From NCBI GenBank assembly GCA_017433725.1, contig JAFRGQ010000075.1, positions 277 through 64,276 on the forward strand: a DNA stretch of 64,000 nt. Reading direction: 5' to 3'. Below are positions 1 to 10,005 of the stretch, one piece after another. The translations under genes were made by a program, and so were the position numbers. The notes under the pieces were generated by a model. That model saw only the letters and a list, made by a program, of their open reading frames with translations, made no database searches and was not told where the DNA came from. The stretch comes from Lachnospiraceae bacterium. Lineage in GTDB: Bacteria; Bacillota; Clostridia; Lachnospirales; Lachnospiraceae. Each line of letters starts with the position of its first letter. The first letter of the stretch is position 1.

Positions 1-1
1 T

Positions 2-1390
2 ACTATCACAATATCCTATCAGATTCGGTTTATTTGTATTCTTTATACACTCACTGATTATATTCCTGAATTCTTCTTTCGCCTGCTCTGTCACCGGTAT
101 AGTGAGGACCTCTATCTCATCGTCTTGCATGATTTCATCTGCTGTATAGTCCAGCATGCACAGCCATGTTATATATTGCATTTTTTCCAGAACATTTTCT
201 TCTACATCATCCATGCTGTATCTTTGTCTAAAATACTCATCGTCCTCTGCTCCCATAGATAAAAACATACCCATAAATCCGGGTCCGATGTTTTCTATCT
301 CTTTTTCATCCATATAAAATAAGGTGAGCCACTCTTTCAATCGGCTATAGGACTCCCGGCTCGGCCAGAATCCATTTTCTGTGTATTCCCTGATCTCTTC
401 CGCTTCCGGAATATAAGGCGGAAACTCCCGTTCTTCAAGATTCTGTATCCTGAATTCTATAAGAGTATCCCCAGGATTGTCTATATCCTCCAGACCAATA
501 GAAGCGCCTATAATTGTCACATAGCATTTCCCCTGAAATTCTACGATTTCATAAAAATCAGAAGATTGTTCCCTCGCAATCTCTGCAAAATCCCTCTCAT
601 CCATTTTCAGGTAAACACCGTTAGCCTCACACAATCTATGATAAATCTCCATAACTGTTTCCAAAAGAGCTACCTCATAATACGATACTGCCAGACAACA
701 GCATTTCTTTATCGCATTATAATTGCTCCTTTTCATAGAAAAATCGGAAGTATAAGTATCACAGAACAATTTCAAAACATCCGACGTCACCGTTATTCCG
801 GTTATATGCCTGTGTTCATCAGAATTCTCCCATGCTTTTGTACTATACACAACTGCATATCCGGCAGTTTCCAGCGCATCGGCACTCTTATTCTGCTCCC
901 ATGGAAGTTCCAGATCATATTTTGAATCATGCTTAACGGAAGACATTTCCATGACAGCAAGATGCTCCAGAAGATCAATCGTAACGTCAGCGGCATCGAT
1001 AAGATACTTTTCAAAAACGTTCTTATCGAGCAACCGCACTGCTATCTTTTCAGACAGTACAAACTTGAAATCCTCTGCTCTCCGTATGGAATTCATAAGA
1101 TTTTTTTCCTGCTCACGGAAAGCTATGATTGTCTTTTGTGTTTCCGGATCAAACTCTTCCAAATTATCTGTCAGACTATAATTATCATCGTCATCTTCCT
1201 CATAAGATAGTTCCAGATAATAACCGATTCTTTCCGAATCCGGACCTGCAGACAGTTGTTTAATCGCCTTCCACTCTTCTTCTGTATTAAAATCAGGGAA
1301 AACAATATTTTGTTCTGAAGCAATCTTTATCAGATCACATAACTCTCTTGTATTTAAGACATCTGACAACCTTTTCATTCCGTTCTCCAT
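2..1390 (-). CDS. Acidic hypothetical protein, 3'-truncated by the window edge (>=463 aa); possibly the N-terminal body of a clostridial SEC-C-motif protein
   Basis: Not in the ORF track because it has no stop in the window. Manual translation from ATG 1390 (after AAGGTG) gives MENGMKRLSDVLNTRELCDLIK...PYIPEAEEIREYTENGFWP...KNTNKPNLIGYCDS, open to base 2. The family guess is only a loose resemblance. Confidence 0.7.
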   Translation of the reverse strand, partial: MENGMKRLSDVLNTRELCDLIKIASEQNIVFPDFNTEEEWKAIKQLSAGPDSERIGYYLELSYEEDDDDNYSLTDNLEEFDPETQKTIIAFREQEKNLMNSIRRAEDFKFVLSEKIAVRLLDKNVFEKYLIDAADVTIDLLEHLAVMEMSSVKHDSKYDLELPWEQNKSADALETAGYAVVYSTKAWENSDEHRHITGITVTSDVLKLFCDTYTSDFSMKRSNYNAIKKCCCLAVSYYEVALLETVMEIYHRLCEANGVYLKMDERDFAEIAREQSSDFYEIVEFQGKCYVTIIGASIGLEDIDNPGDTLIEFRIQNLEEREFPPYIPEAEEIREYTENGFWPSRESYSRLKEWLTLFYMDEKEIENIGPGFMGMFLSMGAEDDEYFRQRYSMDDVEENVLEKMQYITWLCMLDYTADEIMQDDEIEVLTIPVTEQAKEEFRNIISECIKNTNKPNLIGYCDS

Positions 1391-1505
1391 ATTCACCTTA
1401 TCCGGAAATAATGAACTCCCCTACATGCCTATCATATCGCAATGTAAAGTACAGCACCATTCTCTGTAAACTACATAAATCCGCCGGATTTTTCTCTGTT
1501 TATCA

Positions 1506-2738
1506 CTATCCAATCACCTCTTGTTCCAACTTTAACCCTGCTTCAAGCATCTCACAGAAAAGCTCCTTTTGTCCGCAATAGAAGGGATCCTCCATCATCT
1601 CCTGCAGCAAAATCCTGTCATGCTCCGTCAGTTCTCTTCCGGATTCCCGGTACTGCCTGTAAGTCTCAATATCCATCCGATACGGTTCTATTTCGAGACC
1701 TGTTCCTTCAGATAGTGTTTTCCAGATGCGAAATCCCCCGCAGTCGATATCTCCGTAATGCATGAATTCAGCAGCAGGGTATGCCTCATGAATATGCCGG
1801 AGAAATTCCCGCTTAATTCCATTCGCGTATCCGCCCAGATAAATCACAAGAGTTTCTCCGGATTCTTCTTCGCCGAATCCGCTCCCGCACGCTTCTTGAT
1901 TAGCAACCGATCTGTCTATCCTGAACTGATGGAATGTGGTCAGATTCTCTATCGTAAGAACCCGGGAAATCTCTCTATGCGTGTCCCACTCAATCCTTAA
2001 AACATCCTCTTCCGTAATGCCAATACCGCCGGGAAACATTTCAGCCCAGGGGCCGCCCTTAATCATGATCCAGGAAGGATTCCTATAAATCAGGAACTCC
2101 TCCAGCACTTCCTGTAAAGATAATCCGCGCAGCCTTCCGTCGCATTCGAAATCCGCGATGATTCTGGCCGCTGCAGAAAGGTCACGTTCAGCAATCTTTG
2201 AATCATTAAAACAGGAAATTGAAAACTGCCGGAGGAACTGAGCCGAACGGTTCTGCATAATTCGGGACGCGAGATAACAGATTCTTTCCGCATGATCTAT
2301 GTGTTCAATATCGAGATACTGCTTCACCGAATATCCCCGGCTCAGTCTTTGCCTGATCCATTCTGCAAATGCAGGCAGCTGCTCTCCATACCCCTCGACT
2401 ATTTTCAGTATTTCTGCCTCTTTATCACTCTTTCGGGTGCGATGAATCCTCCTGTAAGCTTCCTCTGCATTTTCCTGTACAAGTACACACTTTTCCAGTA
2501 TCTGTCCTTCATGCCTCTTTTTCCAAACCAGTGTGATTAGACCGGCATTTTCAAGTTCCAGAAGCTGACTGTGGACGTTCTCATACTCCATTCTGCTCTC
2601 GTCAAAATACTCAGGGATATCCTTTGCGTTCAATTTGTACGCAATAGCAATATTCCTTTTATTTTCTCCTCTGGACAGAGAACTGCGTTCATACTTATCC
2701 AGAAGTTTCCCCAATACATAATCGTCATATCTTTTCAT
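1506..2738 (-). CDS. jetD: Wadjet JetD, TOPRIM nuclease (DUF3322 + DUF2220 type)
   Basis: TOPRIM motifs TIENLTTF, YLGGY and HYGDIDCGG (DxD), C-terminal KLEQE; last gene after an SMC ATPase. Confidence 0.9.
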   Translation of the reverse strand: MKRYDDYVLGKLLDKYERSSLSRGENKRNIAIAYKLNAKDIPEYFDESRMEYENVHSQLLELENAGLITLVWKKRHEGQILEKCVLVQENAEEAYRRIHRTRKSDKEAEILKIVEGYGEQLPAFAEWIRQRLSRGYSVKQYLDIEHIDHAERICYLASRIMQNRSAQFLRQFSISCFNDSKIAERDLSAAARIIADFECDGRLRGLSLQEVLEEFLIYRNPSWIMIKGGPWAEMFPGGIGITEEDVLRIEWDTHREISRVLTIENLTTFHQFRIDRSVANQEACGSGFGEEESGETLVIYLGGYANGIKREFLRHIHEAYPAAEFMHYGDIDCGGFRIWKTLSEGTGLEIEPYRMDIETYRQYRESGRELTEHDRILLQEMMEDPFYCGQKELFCEMLEAGLKLEQEVIG

Positions 2739-2753
2739 GCAATCTCATCCTGT

Positions 2754-5700
2754 TCATGCACTGTCGCGCGAAAAATCCTCCACATAGCTATGTTCCCCAT
2801 CCTGAAGAACCAGCAGCACCTGATCCACTGACGGAGCTATGTACTGAATCTTCTCGGGCGGAGCGGATACGATCAGCTGCAGATTCGAATTATTGATGAA
2901 AGACAGAACACCGTCAATGCGGGCGTCATCCATATTATTGAACGCCTCATCCATCATGACCAGTCCAACAGAATCACCGCCGATCGCCCCTTTGTAGAGC
3001 TGCATGAACGATGCGGCAATTGTAATATAAAACGGTGTCTGCGTTTCGCCGCCGCTCTTTTCCCTACTTACCTTGGAGTAGTACATATAGGTACCATCGT
3101 CCGATGTAATCTTTATATCATAATCCATATAGGTACGATAGTCCGTGTATTCCTGAAGGGTCTTCGCGCTCTGCTCATCGTCAATAGTCAGTTTTTCGAA
3201 AAGCTCCTCTATCACTTCCCTGTGATTCTCACTAAAAGCACCGCTGAAGATGGAATTTCCTTCCATAACATTGAAGTCATCCATGATCATATTGTAATAC
3301 TTCTTATGTTCTTTTCTGGGAAAATACTGAAACTCATACTGTTCCCTCGAGAAATGAATTTCCTTCAAAGACTTGTTGAGATCCTTGAACTCGTTCTGAG
3401 CCTGACGGATATTCTCCTGAAGCCTGGAGAGGAACTGTTCCCTGAATTCCTCCTCGGCCGCGCTTCTTGCCCGATAGACCTTATCTTCATACTCAAGAAG
3501 CTGCGAGTTTTTCAGCTTGTCATATTCCGCAAGGAAATCCGGATAACCGGCAAGAGATTCCGGAGCGCCGAAATCGTGCTCCGCCTTATAGACCCGCATG
3601 AGCCTTATCATCTCCTCCTCCGCCTTCTCCCGGATCGTCTGATTGGCTTTGCGGTTCTTCTCATAATTGGCCTTGAACTGGCCTGAATCTGTATTCTTCG
3701 ACCGTTCTGAATAATCCCGTTCACAGGTCTCGGCAGTATCTCCAAGTTTTACGAAAAGCTCATGGACAGCTTCAGTCTTTTTATCAAATTCCGCCCCCGC
3801 TTCTCTGATCCGGAATTTCAGGTCGTCGATTTTCTGTTCGCAGCTTCCGATACGCCTGCTGAGCTCCATGTTCTTTTCATCGAGTCTCTGCTTCTCCTTC
3901 TTCATGGCCTCGAGCCGGATTCTCTTTTGAAGAACATTCTGGTTCACTTCGAGGTCGCGCATATTTTCCCTGCATTTCTCAAGTTCTGCTTTATGCTTTC
4001 TCTGATTCTCAAGTGCGGATAATCCGTACTTGATCTGAATATCGTTGTCCGTGTCAAGGAGCGGAATATACGACTTCAGGATTCGTATCTCCTCTTCCAT
4101 CCCGTGAATGGCTGCCCGGATCGCTTTGAGCTCTTCCCTCTTCATCTCCAGCTGGATTTTATAAGCTTCCGCTCCGATATACGGCGTTCTGTATATTTCG
4201 GGCTTTATTGCGCTGACAACATGATTCTGATAGCGCATACACTCACGCGTTATCGACACATTATACTTCTTCAGTTCCTGATAGGAATCACAGCGATGAA
4301 CTTTTCCGAGCAGCATGTTGATGTATCTTCTCGCATATACATTACCTGAGGTCACGACTTCCGCAAGCGAACCTTTCGGTGCCGTATCGTACGGCTCCAG
4401 CTTCGCTGCATTGATAAGACCGACTCCGTATGCTTTCTTTTCACGGCGAAGTCTGTCATACACGGACAGGGCAAGATCAAAATCACCGGGATTCACCAGC
4501 AGATGAAACCTCTGTGTATTCAGATATCCTTCCACCGCATTCTGCCATGAAGCATCGGTAATACTCAATAACTCGCACAGGATCCGGACGCTCGAAGTTC
4601 TGCCGACTTTTCTGAATTCCGAACGGATTTCACTCTGCAGAAGACGCACGGCGTCAGGATATACCAGTCTCTTCGCCTCAAGCTCCCGAATCTGTGCTTC
4701 CGTTTCGGCTCGTTTGTCCTCATTATTCTTTAATTCGATCTGTATGCCGGCCATTCGCCCGATGACCTGCCCGTGAGAATTTTTCTTATAGGCAAGCACA
4801 TCTTCAAGGCTGTTATTTAATGCTGTCGTGTCATTCGCGTCCCATAATATTTCCAGGTTTCTCCTGTACTCATAAAGACAGTCCTCCGGTTTTCTCCCAT
4901 CCGAATCAGCTGACATGCCCTTTCGTTTCAATAATTGCCCGACATTGTCAAGGGCTCTCCGCACTGACCTTTTGAGACTGTCAACCCCCCGCCTGTCTTC
5001 TGCCAGAAGTTCTTTCAGATTCCTTTCCTGCTTCTCCAGATCACGAAAAGCCTGATAGCCGATATCACTGTTCAATTCCAGATCCAGGTTTCTGAGCAAG
5101 TCCTCTTTGTCATCTATTTCACTTCTGAGATTTTTCTGGTCTTTCCACAGCTTCTCACGACCGGCTTCGGTTCTGGAAACTTCCTTCTTCAGAGAACTGA
5201 TGACACCCTTTGAAATGTCCAAGTCAGCGCGGGCGATAAAATACTCCTGCACCCGATCCCTACGAATACAATTCTCAACACTCTGCTCTTTCGCTGAGAT
5301 GGCCTCAAGCTGGCTGATTCGATTTTTGACATCCTCCAGCATTTTCAGAAGATCCTGATAGCTTCGGACATTCTCCCGAAGAATATCGATGTTAACTTCT
5401 TTTTCATCAAGTACATAAGAGTAAACGAAATCCTTGATATCATGAATCGGTTTAAAAGCAAGAGCCTTGGGGATGAGAGCAAAGAACTTAGACTCAATTC
5501 TCCCGAACCTGGACAGAATCATCTTCTGTGCTTCACGAATCGTTGGTGCAAAGGTCCGTATACCTCTGTTCGTCGCACGAAAAACAGAAATGCTCTTGAC
5601 CTGCTTTCCCGAAAGAAACAAATTGTCCGACAGCTCCCGGTTCTCAATCTGATACCAGATGACATTCGGCTCTTTTTCCACGGATGCGGAATCCATTACG

Positions 5701-6035
5701 GTTCCGATAATGAACGGCTTCTTTTTCGCGTCATCATAGAATTCCAGTGCTATATGGGCAGAGAGTTCTCCGATTCTCTCATAAGGCCGATCTTCGCGTC
5801 CGGTCTTGCATCGGATATATGTGTTCAGCGTACGCTTCCCCTTTTCATGAGCAGCCTTGTTGAAATTGGCTTTCGAACCGGTCACGACAAATTGCACAGC
5901 ATCCAATATCGTCGATTTTCCCGCCCCGTTCTCACCCGAAATGAGCACGGAATCGGCAACATCAATCGTCTCATTTTCAAATCGGTGCCAATTGATCAGC
6001 CGTATCTTCCTTAGCCTCTTCATTGTTTTCGTCAT
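2754..6035 (-). CDS. jetC: Wadjet JetC, SMC/MukB-like ATPase
   Basis: N-terminal RLINWH, Walker A GENGAGKST, long coiled coils around a hinge, signature KSGGETQ, Walker B VMMDEAF; 1093 aa. Confidence 0.93.
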   Translation of the reverse strand: MTKTMKRLRKIRLINWHRFENETIDVADSVLISGENGAGKSTILDAVQFVVTGSKANFNKAAHEKGKRTLNTYIRCKTGREDRPYERIGELSAHIALEFYDDAKKKPFIIGTVMDSASVEKEPNVIWYQIENRELSDNLFLSGKQVKSISVFRATNRGIRTFAPTIREAQKMILSRFGRIESKFFALIPKALAFKPIHDIKDFVYSYVLDEKEVNIDILRENVRSYQDLLKMLEDVKNRISQLEAISAKEQSVENCIRRDRVQEYFIARADLDISKGVISSLKKEVSRTEAGREKLWKDQKNLRSEIDDKEDLLRNLDLELNSDIGYQAFRDLEKQERNLKELLAEDRRGVDSLKRSVRRALDNVGQLLKRKGMSADSDGRKPEDCLYEYRRNLEILWDANDTTALNNSLEDVLAYKKNSHGQVIGRMAGIQIELKNNEDKRAETEAQIRELEAKRLVYPDAVRLLQSEIRSEFRKVGRTSSVRILCELLSITDASWQNAVEGYLNTQRFHLLVNPGDFDLALSVYDRLRREKKAYGVGLINAAKLEPYDTAPKGSLAEVVTSGNVYARRYINMLLGKVHRCDSYQELKKYNVSITRECMRYQNHVVSAIKPEIYRTPYIGAEAYKIQLEMKREELKAIRAAIHGMEEEIRILKSYIPLLDTDNDIQIKYGLSALENQRKHKAELEKCRENMRDLEVNQNVLQKRIRLEAMKKEKQRLDEKNMELSRRIGSCEQKIDDLKFRIREAGAEFDKKTEAVHELFVKLGDTAETCERDYSERSKNTDSGQFKANYEKNRKANQTIREKAEEEMIRLMRVYKAEHDFGAPESLAGYPDFLAEYDKLKNSQLLEYEDKVYRARSAAEEEFREQFLSRLQENIRQAQNEFKDLNKSLKEIHFSREQYEFQYFPRKEHKKYYNMIMDDFNVMEGNSIFSGAFSENHREVIEELFEKLTIDDEQSAKTLQEYTDYRTYMDYDIKITSDDGTYMYYSKVSREKSGGETQTPFYITIAASFMQLYKGAIGGDSVGLVMMDEAFNNMDDARIDGVLSFINNSNLQLIVSAPPEKIQYIAPSVDQVLLVLQDGEHSYVEDFSRDSA

Positions 6036-6606
6036 TATCCTTTCTGTAGCGCAGAATCATCTCTGAAGCGGTCCTGATATCATCCGCGCGCACCGCCATA
6101 ACAATAGAATCATATATCAGGATTCTTGCATCTTCCTGTGTCAGATCCCGGTCGAGAAGTTCAATCAGATTAAATCTCCTGAAAAGTCTGAGTGAATTGT
6201 TCATCGTAGTCCGATCGATCTGCTTATCCCTGATTTTCAGTGACAGATACTTTTCCTGAATGTCCCCTACATTTACAACGACATCCGTCAGAGACAGTTC
6301 CCGCTTTTTCTCGTCGTAAAGTATCCTCAAGATGAGAAGAATAATCGACTCATTCAGTTTCAGATGCACATGGTTCGTATTTTCCCGGTTCACGAGCTGT
6401 ATCACTCCCGGATTATCATTCATTTCGAGTGTATACCCCAGAATCCCCAAATATCTTTCAAATACTTCCCTATGCCGCAAAATAAAATAGTAATCGCTTT
6501 TCGTCTGCTCATTCCGTTTCATGATGAAGCAGCAGCTCATCAGCCGGTTGCACACCCTCTTGAACTCGTCCTTATCTTTCTGAAGCATTCCTTCGAATAA
6601 GTCCAT
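5977..6606 (-). CDS. jetB: Wadjet JetB (DUF4194-type KITE subunit)
   Basis: 209 aa; LKLNESIILLILRILYDEK is typical of DUF4194; lies between jetA and jetC and overlaps the jetC start. Confidence 0.88.
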   Translation of the reverse strand: MDLFEGMLQKDKDEFKRVCNRLMSCCFIMKRNEQTKSDYYFILRHREVFERYLGILGYTLEMNDNPGVIQLVNRENTNHVHLKLNESIILLILRILYDEKKRELSLTDVVVNVGDIQEKYLSLKIRDKQIDRTTMNNSLRLFRRFNLIELLDRDLTQEDARILIYDSIVMAVRADDIRTASEMILRYRKDNDENNEEAKEDTADQLAPI

Positions 6607-6696
6607 GCAAATCTCCTTCTGTCTGGCCGGATATTTCAGGTTATTCCAAAAATCCGCAAGCGCGGAACAATCCGTAATCGACTTTTGGCGTCTAAA

Positions 6697-8139
6697 TCAT
6701 TTGATTCTGATTATAAAATCACGAAAACGATACCCGTTGACCGTAACCCAGCCCTTCGGCACAACTTCATATCCCATAGACTTTCGCTGCCCGTAAAGTC
6801 TTATATAGATCGCTTTGACAAATGCATCCTCCGCATCTCTCTCATTCCCCGAATAATCCGTCTGTTTCGAGAGAATCGTTTCTGACGCAAGCATCTCATG
6901 TCTTCCGTTCAGGCAGCGTCTGACATACTCGTCAATCTTCTGGGGACTGAGGATCTTTTCCAGCTTCTCCAGCATGATCTGCCGTTTACGCTCCCGCTCT
7001 GCGGTATCCGGTACGTAAGTTTCTATCTTGCCGGGGATGAACTCTCCTTTCGTTTCGATTGGAGAATACAGAGAATCCGTATCCAGATATCCCCATGTGA
7101 AGATGCGTATAAGTTTATCCGTCTCCTCCAGCCGATATACTCCTCCAAGGTCCAGAGATTCCTCCTGAATCTTCTCATTCAGGAAACACAGAATATCTTT
7201 CAGCTGCCCCCGAATATCTTCGTTGCTCGTAAGAAGAAATCTCGCACGGTTAACGGCAGCCCTCTGATATCTGGTATTTTTCTTGTTTATATCCTCTAGG
7301 ATATCATCCATCTGACGAAATGAATCAATAACATAGTGAAGCATCCCGAGTGTCTTCTCCCGCGCGTCTTCATAGCTGATGGAATCCTGCACTGCAATCT
7401 CTTTTGCAGTTTGCTTAAGATACCTTTCACTGCGGGCATGTGAATCCAAACGTTCGACAATCTCGGGTCGGAATTTCGATACGTTATCAGAAGTCAGAAG
7501 GCGGTGATATGCCTTATCGATTACATTACTGTAATAGTCATTGAGTAATGCATCCAGAATTTCCGAGACTGTACTGTGTTTTGTAAGATCATCAATATAT
7601 AATTTGATATTTGCATTAAGGCTTTTCAGCCCGGTTATGAGAGCGTCGGTGTTCTCCACCATTTGCTTTAATCCCACAGCATTATTACCGCTTGCCCTGG
7701 CCATAGTATAGATTGCATAAATATATCCTTGGTATTCCGCTTTATGCTCATCCTCGATATCAAGCAAGGTCCGGATGACCGCAATCGCATAGTCCCGAAA
7801 GCTGGTCCTTTGAACGTAACTGTAATCGGTATCCGTGTATATCCAGCCGCAGGCCTCAAGTCTTCGTAGCATAAAGTTGGCTTTATCTCTGGGAGACATG
7901 GATTTCGTATCGGTCTCGTCAAGGTATTCCCTCTCTTCTATATCTGCCGACATGGATGATGAGAAATACTCTTCCAGCTCTCCCACCAGCACATCCCGCT
8001 CCACACCGAAAGATAACTGGCTGCTCGAGACATGAAACAGAATCTCTATGCATTCCCAGTACACCATCTTTCCCGGTGAAGAAAGCGGACTGAAAAAATT
8101 ATCGGGAATTATTCGAAACAATTTCTTTTGCTTGTCCAT
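6697..8139 (-). CDS. jetA: Wadjet JetA kleisin-like subunit (DUF5716-like)
   Basis: LFRIIPDNFFSPLSS start and LRRLEACGWI winged-helix motif; first gene of the four-gene cluster. ATG 8139 preferred over GTG 8145 on RBS spacing. Confidence 0.85.
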   Translation of the reverse strand: MDKQKKLFRIIPDNFFSPLSSPGKMVYWECIEILFHVSSSQLSFGVERDVLVGELEEYFSSSMSADIEEREYLDETDTKSMSPRDKANFMLRRLEACGWIYTDTDYSYVQRTSFRDYAIAVIRTLLDIEDEHKAEYQGYIYAIYTMARASGNNAVGLKQMVENTDALITGLKSLNANIKLYIDDLTKHSTVSEILDALLNDYYSNVIDKAYHRLLTSDNVSKFRPEIVERLDSHARSERYLKQTAKEIAVQDSISYEDAREKTLGMLHYVIDSFRQMDDILEDINKKNTRYQRAAVNRARFLLTSNEDIRGQLKDILCFLNEKIQEESLDLGGVYRLEETDKLIRIFTWGYLDTDSLYSPIETKGEFIPGKIETYVPDTAERERKRQIMLEKLEKILSPQKIDEYVRRCLNGRHEMLASETILSKQTDYSGNERDAEDAFVKAIYIRLYGQRKSMGYEVVPKGWVTVNGYRFRDFIIRIK

Positions 8140-8182
8140 TTGCACCTATCCTGCAAGCCGCATAGCGTACCAAAAAACAAAA

Positions 8183-8286
8183 CTACGGGGCTGCTGCATC
8201 AAGCGAAGAAGCAATGTATAGCAGATATTAGTTGCAAATATCTGCTGTATATCACGTCAGCACTGCCTGATACAACAGCCTCATAG
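8183..8286 (-). terminator. Long imperfect hairpin with a T-tract after potD
   Basis: CTACGGGGCTGCTGCATCAAGC pairs with GCCTGATACAACAGCCTCATAG; inner arm TATAGCAGATATT/AATATCTGCTGTA; TTTTGTTTTTT follows on the minus strand. Confidence 0.65.
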
Positions 8287-8311
8287 TCATTAAATAGCTA
8301 AGGAAAATATA

Positions 8312-9820
8312 TCACTCATACATCTTCTGTCTCTGCTTCATACGCACGAACAGATAAATCAGCACCGCAGCGACCGCCGCGGCAATCGCCCACGCCCAGA
8401 CCGGAACGTCATAAAGGTTAAAACACCTTACATTGATCCACATCTGATTTATGACGTCGTTCTTATCACTGTCAAAGTAGACCATGATAGAAGATTTCGA
8501 AATAGCTTCCTGTGTCGGATACTGGGAGAAAAGCTGCCTGCGAAGCTGTTCCTCCGGAGCGGTAATGACATAATTTTCATCAGAATTGTCACCGGTAAAG
8601 AAATAGCCGAGCGGATACTCCACCACATCTTCCTCGTCATCCTCCGCACCGTAACACCAGTCTGCATACTCGAAAATTCTGGTATCGTCACCGCCGCCGA
8701 TAACGGAGGTATAGCCGATGTAGTACATGTTACGAATCGCGTTGTCCGGTCTTGAGTTGAAATTGATAAAGGCTTCGGCGGCATGCTGCTTTTCAGCATC
8801 ATCACCGATTCCGCTTTTCAGCATGACCCATCCGTCAAAATAGATATTGGTCGATTCTTCCGGCACTGCGAAATTCAGGATATAATCATCCTCCTCCGCC
8901 TGATCCAGAGAATAGACCGCATCCCCTGACCACTGGTAGTTTGCAACGACTTTACCTGTGATCATATCCGCCTTACCGGAGTCGGTCTCAAACGAATAAG
9001 CGTTGTCCTTCACATCCTGCAGGTAATCCTGAACGGTCTTAATCGTCTCGGGAGAGACATCGTTCATCTCCTCCTCAAGGCGCTGCTTATAGTTCTGATC
9101 CGCGCGGAACTCCGGACTTGTCAGAAGATCATGCTTTAACGCACCGACAGCAGCAAAATAGGAATCACGAACATTATCCTTGATTGTAACCTGACGCTTG
9201 AATTTCGGATTATTGAGGATCCGCCAAGTAGACGCCTCCTCTTCGGATACAACTTCCGGATTATATACGATACCTGTGATACCCCACATATATCCCGCGG
9301 CGTATTTTGCCCAGCTTTCTCCGTTTATCTCATGATTTTCAAACACTTCTCTGATATAAGGAGAAACGCCCCTTGTGTAGTAATTGTTCTCGTCGGTCTC
9401 ATCAAAAAATTCGTCCGAAAGCGGAACCAGCATTTTTTCCGCCATCAGCTTCATGAACATATATTCAGAAGGACACACGATATCGTACTCATCTCCCAAC
9501 GTAAGCATGTTGTAGAGATCTTCGTTCGTTCCGAACGTTGAGTACTCCACTTTCACGCGTTTACCGTATGTCTCGTAGTACCACTCCTCAAAATCCTCCA
9601 CCATCGAATTTTCACCGATGATATCTCCGCTCTCAAGGTCAATGGTCTCGTCCCAGTCACCCAGGTCGATATATTCTTCCCAGTTGCAGACTCGCAGAGT
9701 GACCGCCTTCTCTTCCGATTCGGCCGCACGCACACAGACCGGATTTAATATCAGCGGCATGCTGACTGCACCGGCGAGCGCACATGCTATTAATTTTCGG
9801 ACAAATGTCTCTGCTCTCAT
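8312..9820 (-). CDS. potD: Spermidine/putrescine ABC transporter substrate-binding protein with a C-terminal membrane anchor
   Basis: LRVCNWEEYID, TNEDLY, CPSEYM, YMWGITGIVYN, WSGDA, FDGWVM motifs; signal peptide and C-terminal hydrophobic helix. Confidence 0.9.
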   Translation of the reverse strand: MRAETFVRKLIACALAGAVSMPLILNPVCVRAAESEEKAVTLRVCNWEEYIDLGDWDETIDLESGDIIGENSMVEDFEEWYYETYGKRVKVEYSTFGTNEDLYNMLTLGDEYDIVCPSEYMFMKLMAEKMLVPLSDEFFDETDENNYYTRGVSPYIREVFENHEINGESWAKYAAGYMWGITGIVYNPEVVSEEEASTWRILNNPKFKRQVTIKDNVRDSYFAAVGALKHDLLTSPEFRADQNYKQRLEEEMNDVSPETIKTVQDYLQDVKDNAYSFETDSGKADMITGKVVANYQWSGDAVYSLDQAEEDDYILNFAVPEESTNIYFDGWVMLKSGIGDDAEKQHAAEAFINFNSRPDNAIRNMYYIGYTSVIGGGDDTRIFEYADWCYGAEDDEEDVVEYPLGYFFTGDNSDENYVITAPEEQLRRQLFSQYPTQEAISKSSIMVYFDSDKNDVINQMWINVRCFNLYDVPVWAWAIAAAVAAVLIYLFVRMKQRQKMYE

Positions 9821-10005
9821 TTACTAACTCCTCCCTTTTCCGACGGCTAAGAGATCAATATACAATGTACTTCTCTTTCAGGCATCTTGTCAGATAATTC
9901 AGGCACATGTTGCCTGCGCCATCTCATGAGCATTTCTGTTCCAGTGCTGCGAACGGCTCTGTAAACAATATCTCCTCATCTGCTCGATACACAATATTAC
10001 GCCTG

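Noticed and set aside
2754-8139. Housekeeping MukBEF/SMC condensin or SbcCD
   Set aside because: The fourth TOPRIM gene and the DUF4194-type subunit identify Wadjet; there is no SbcD phosphoesterase.
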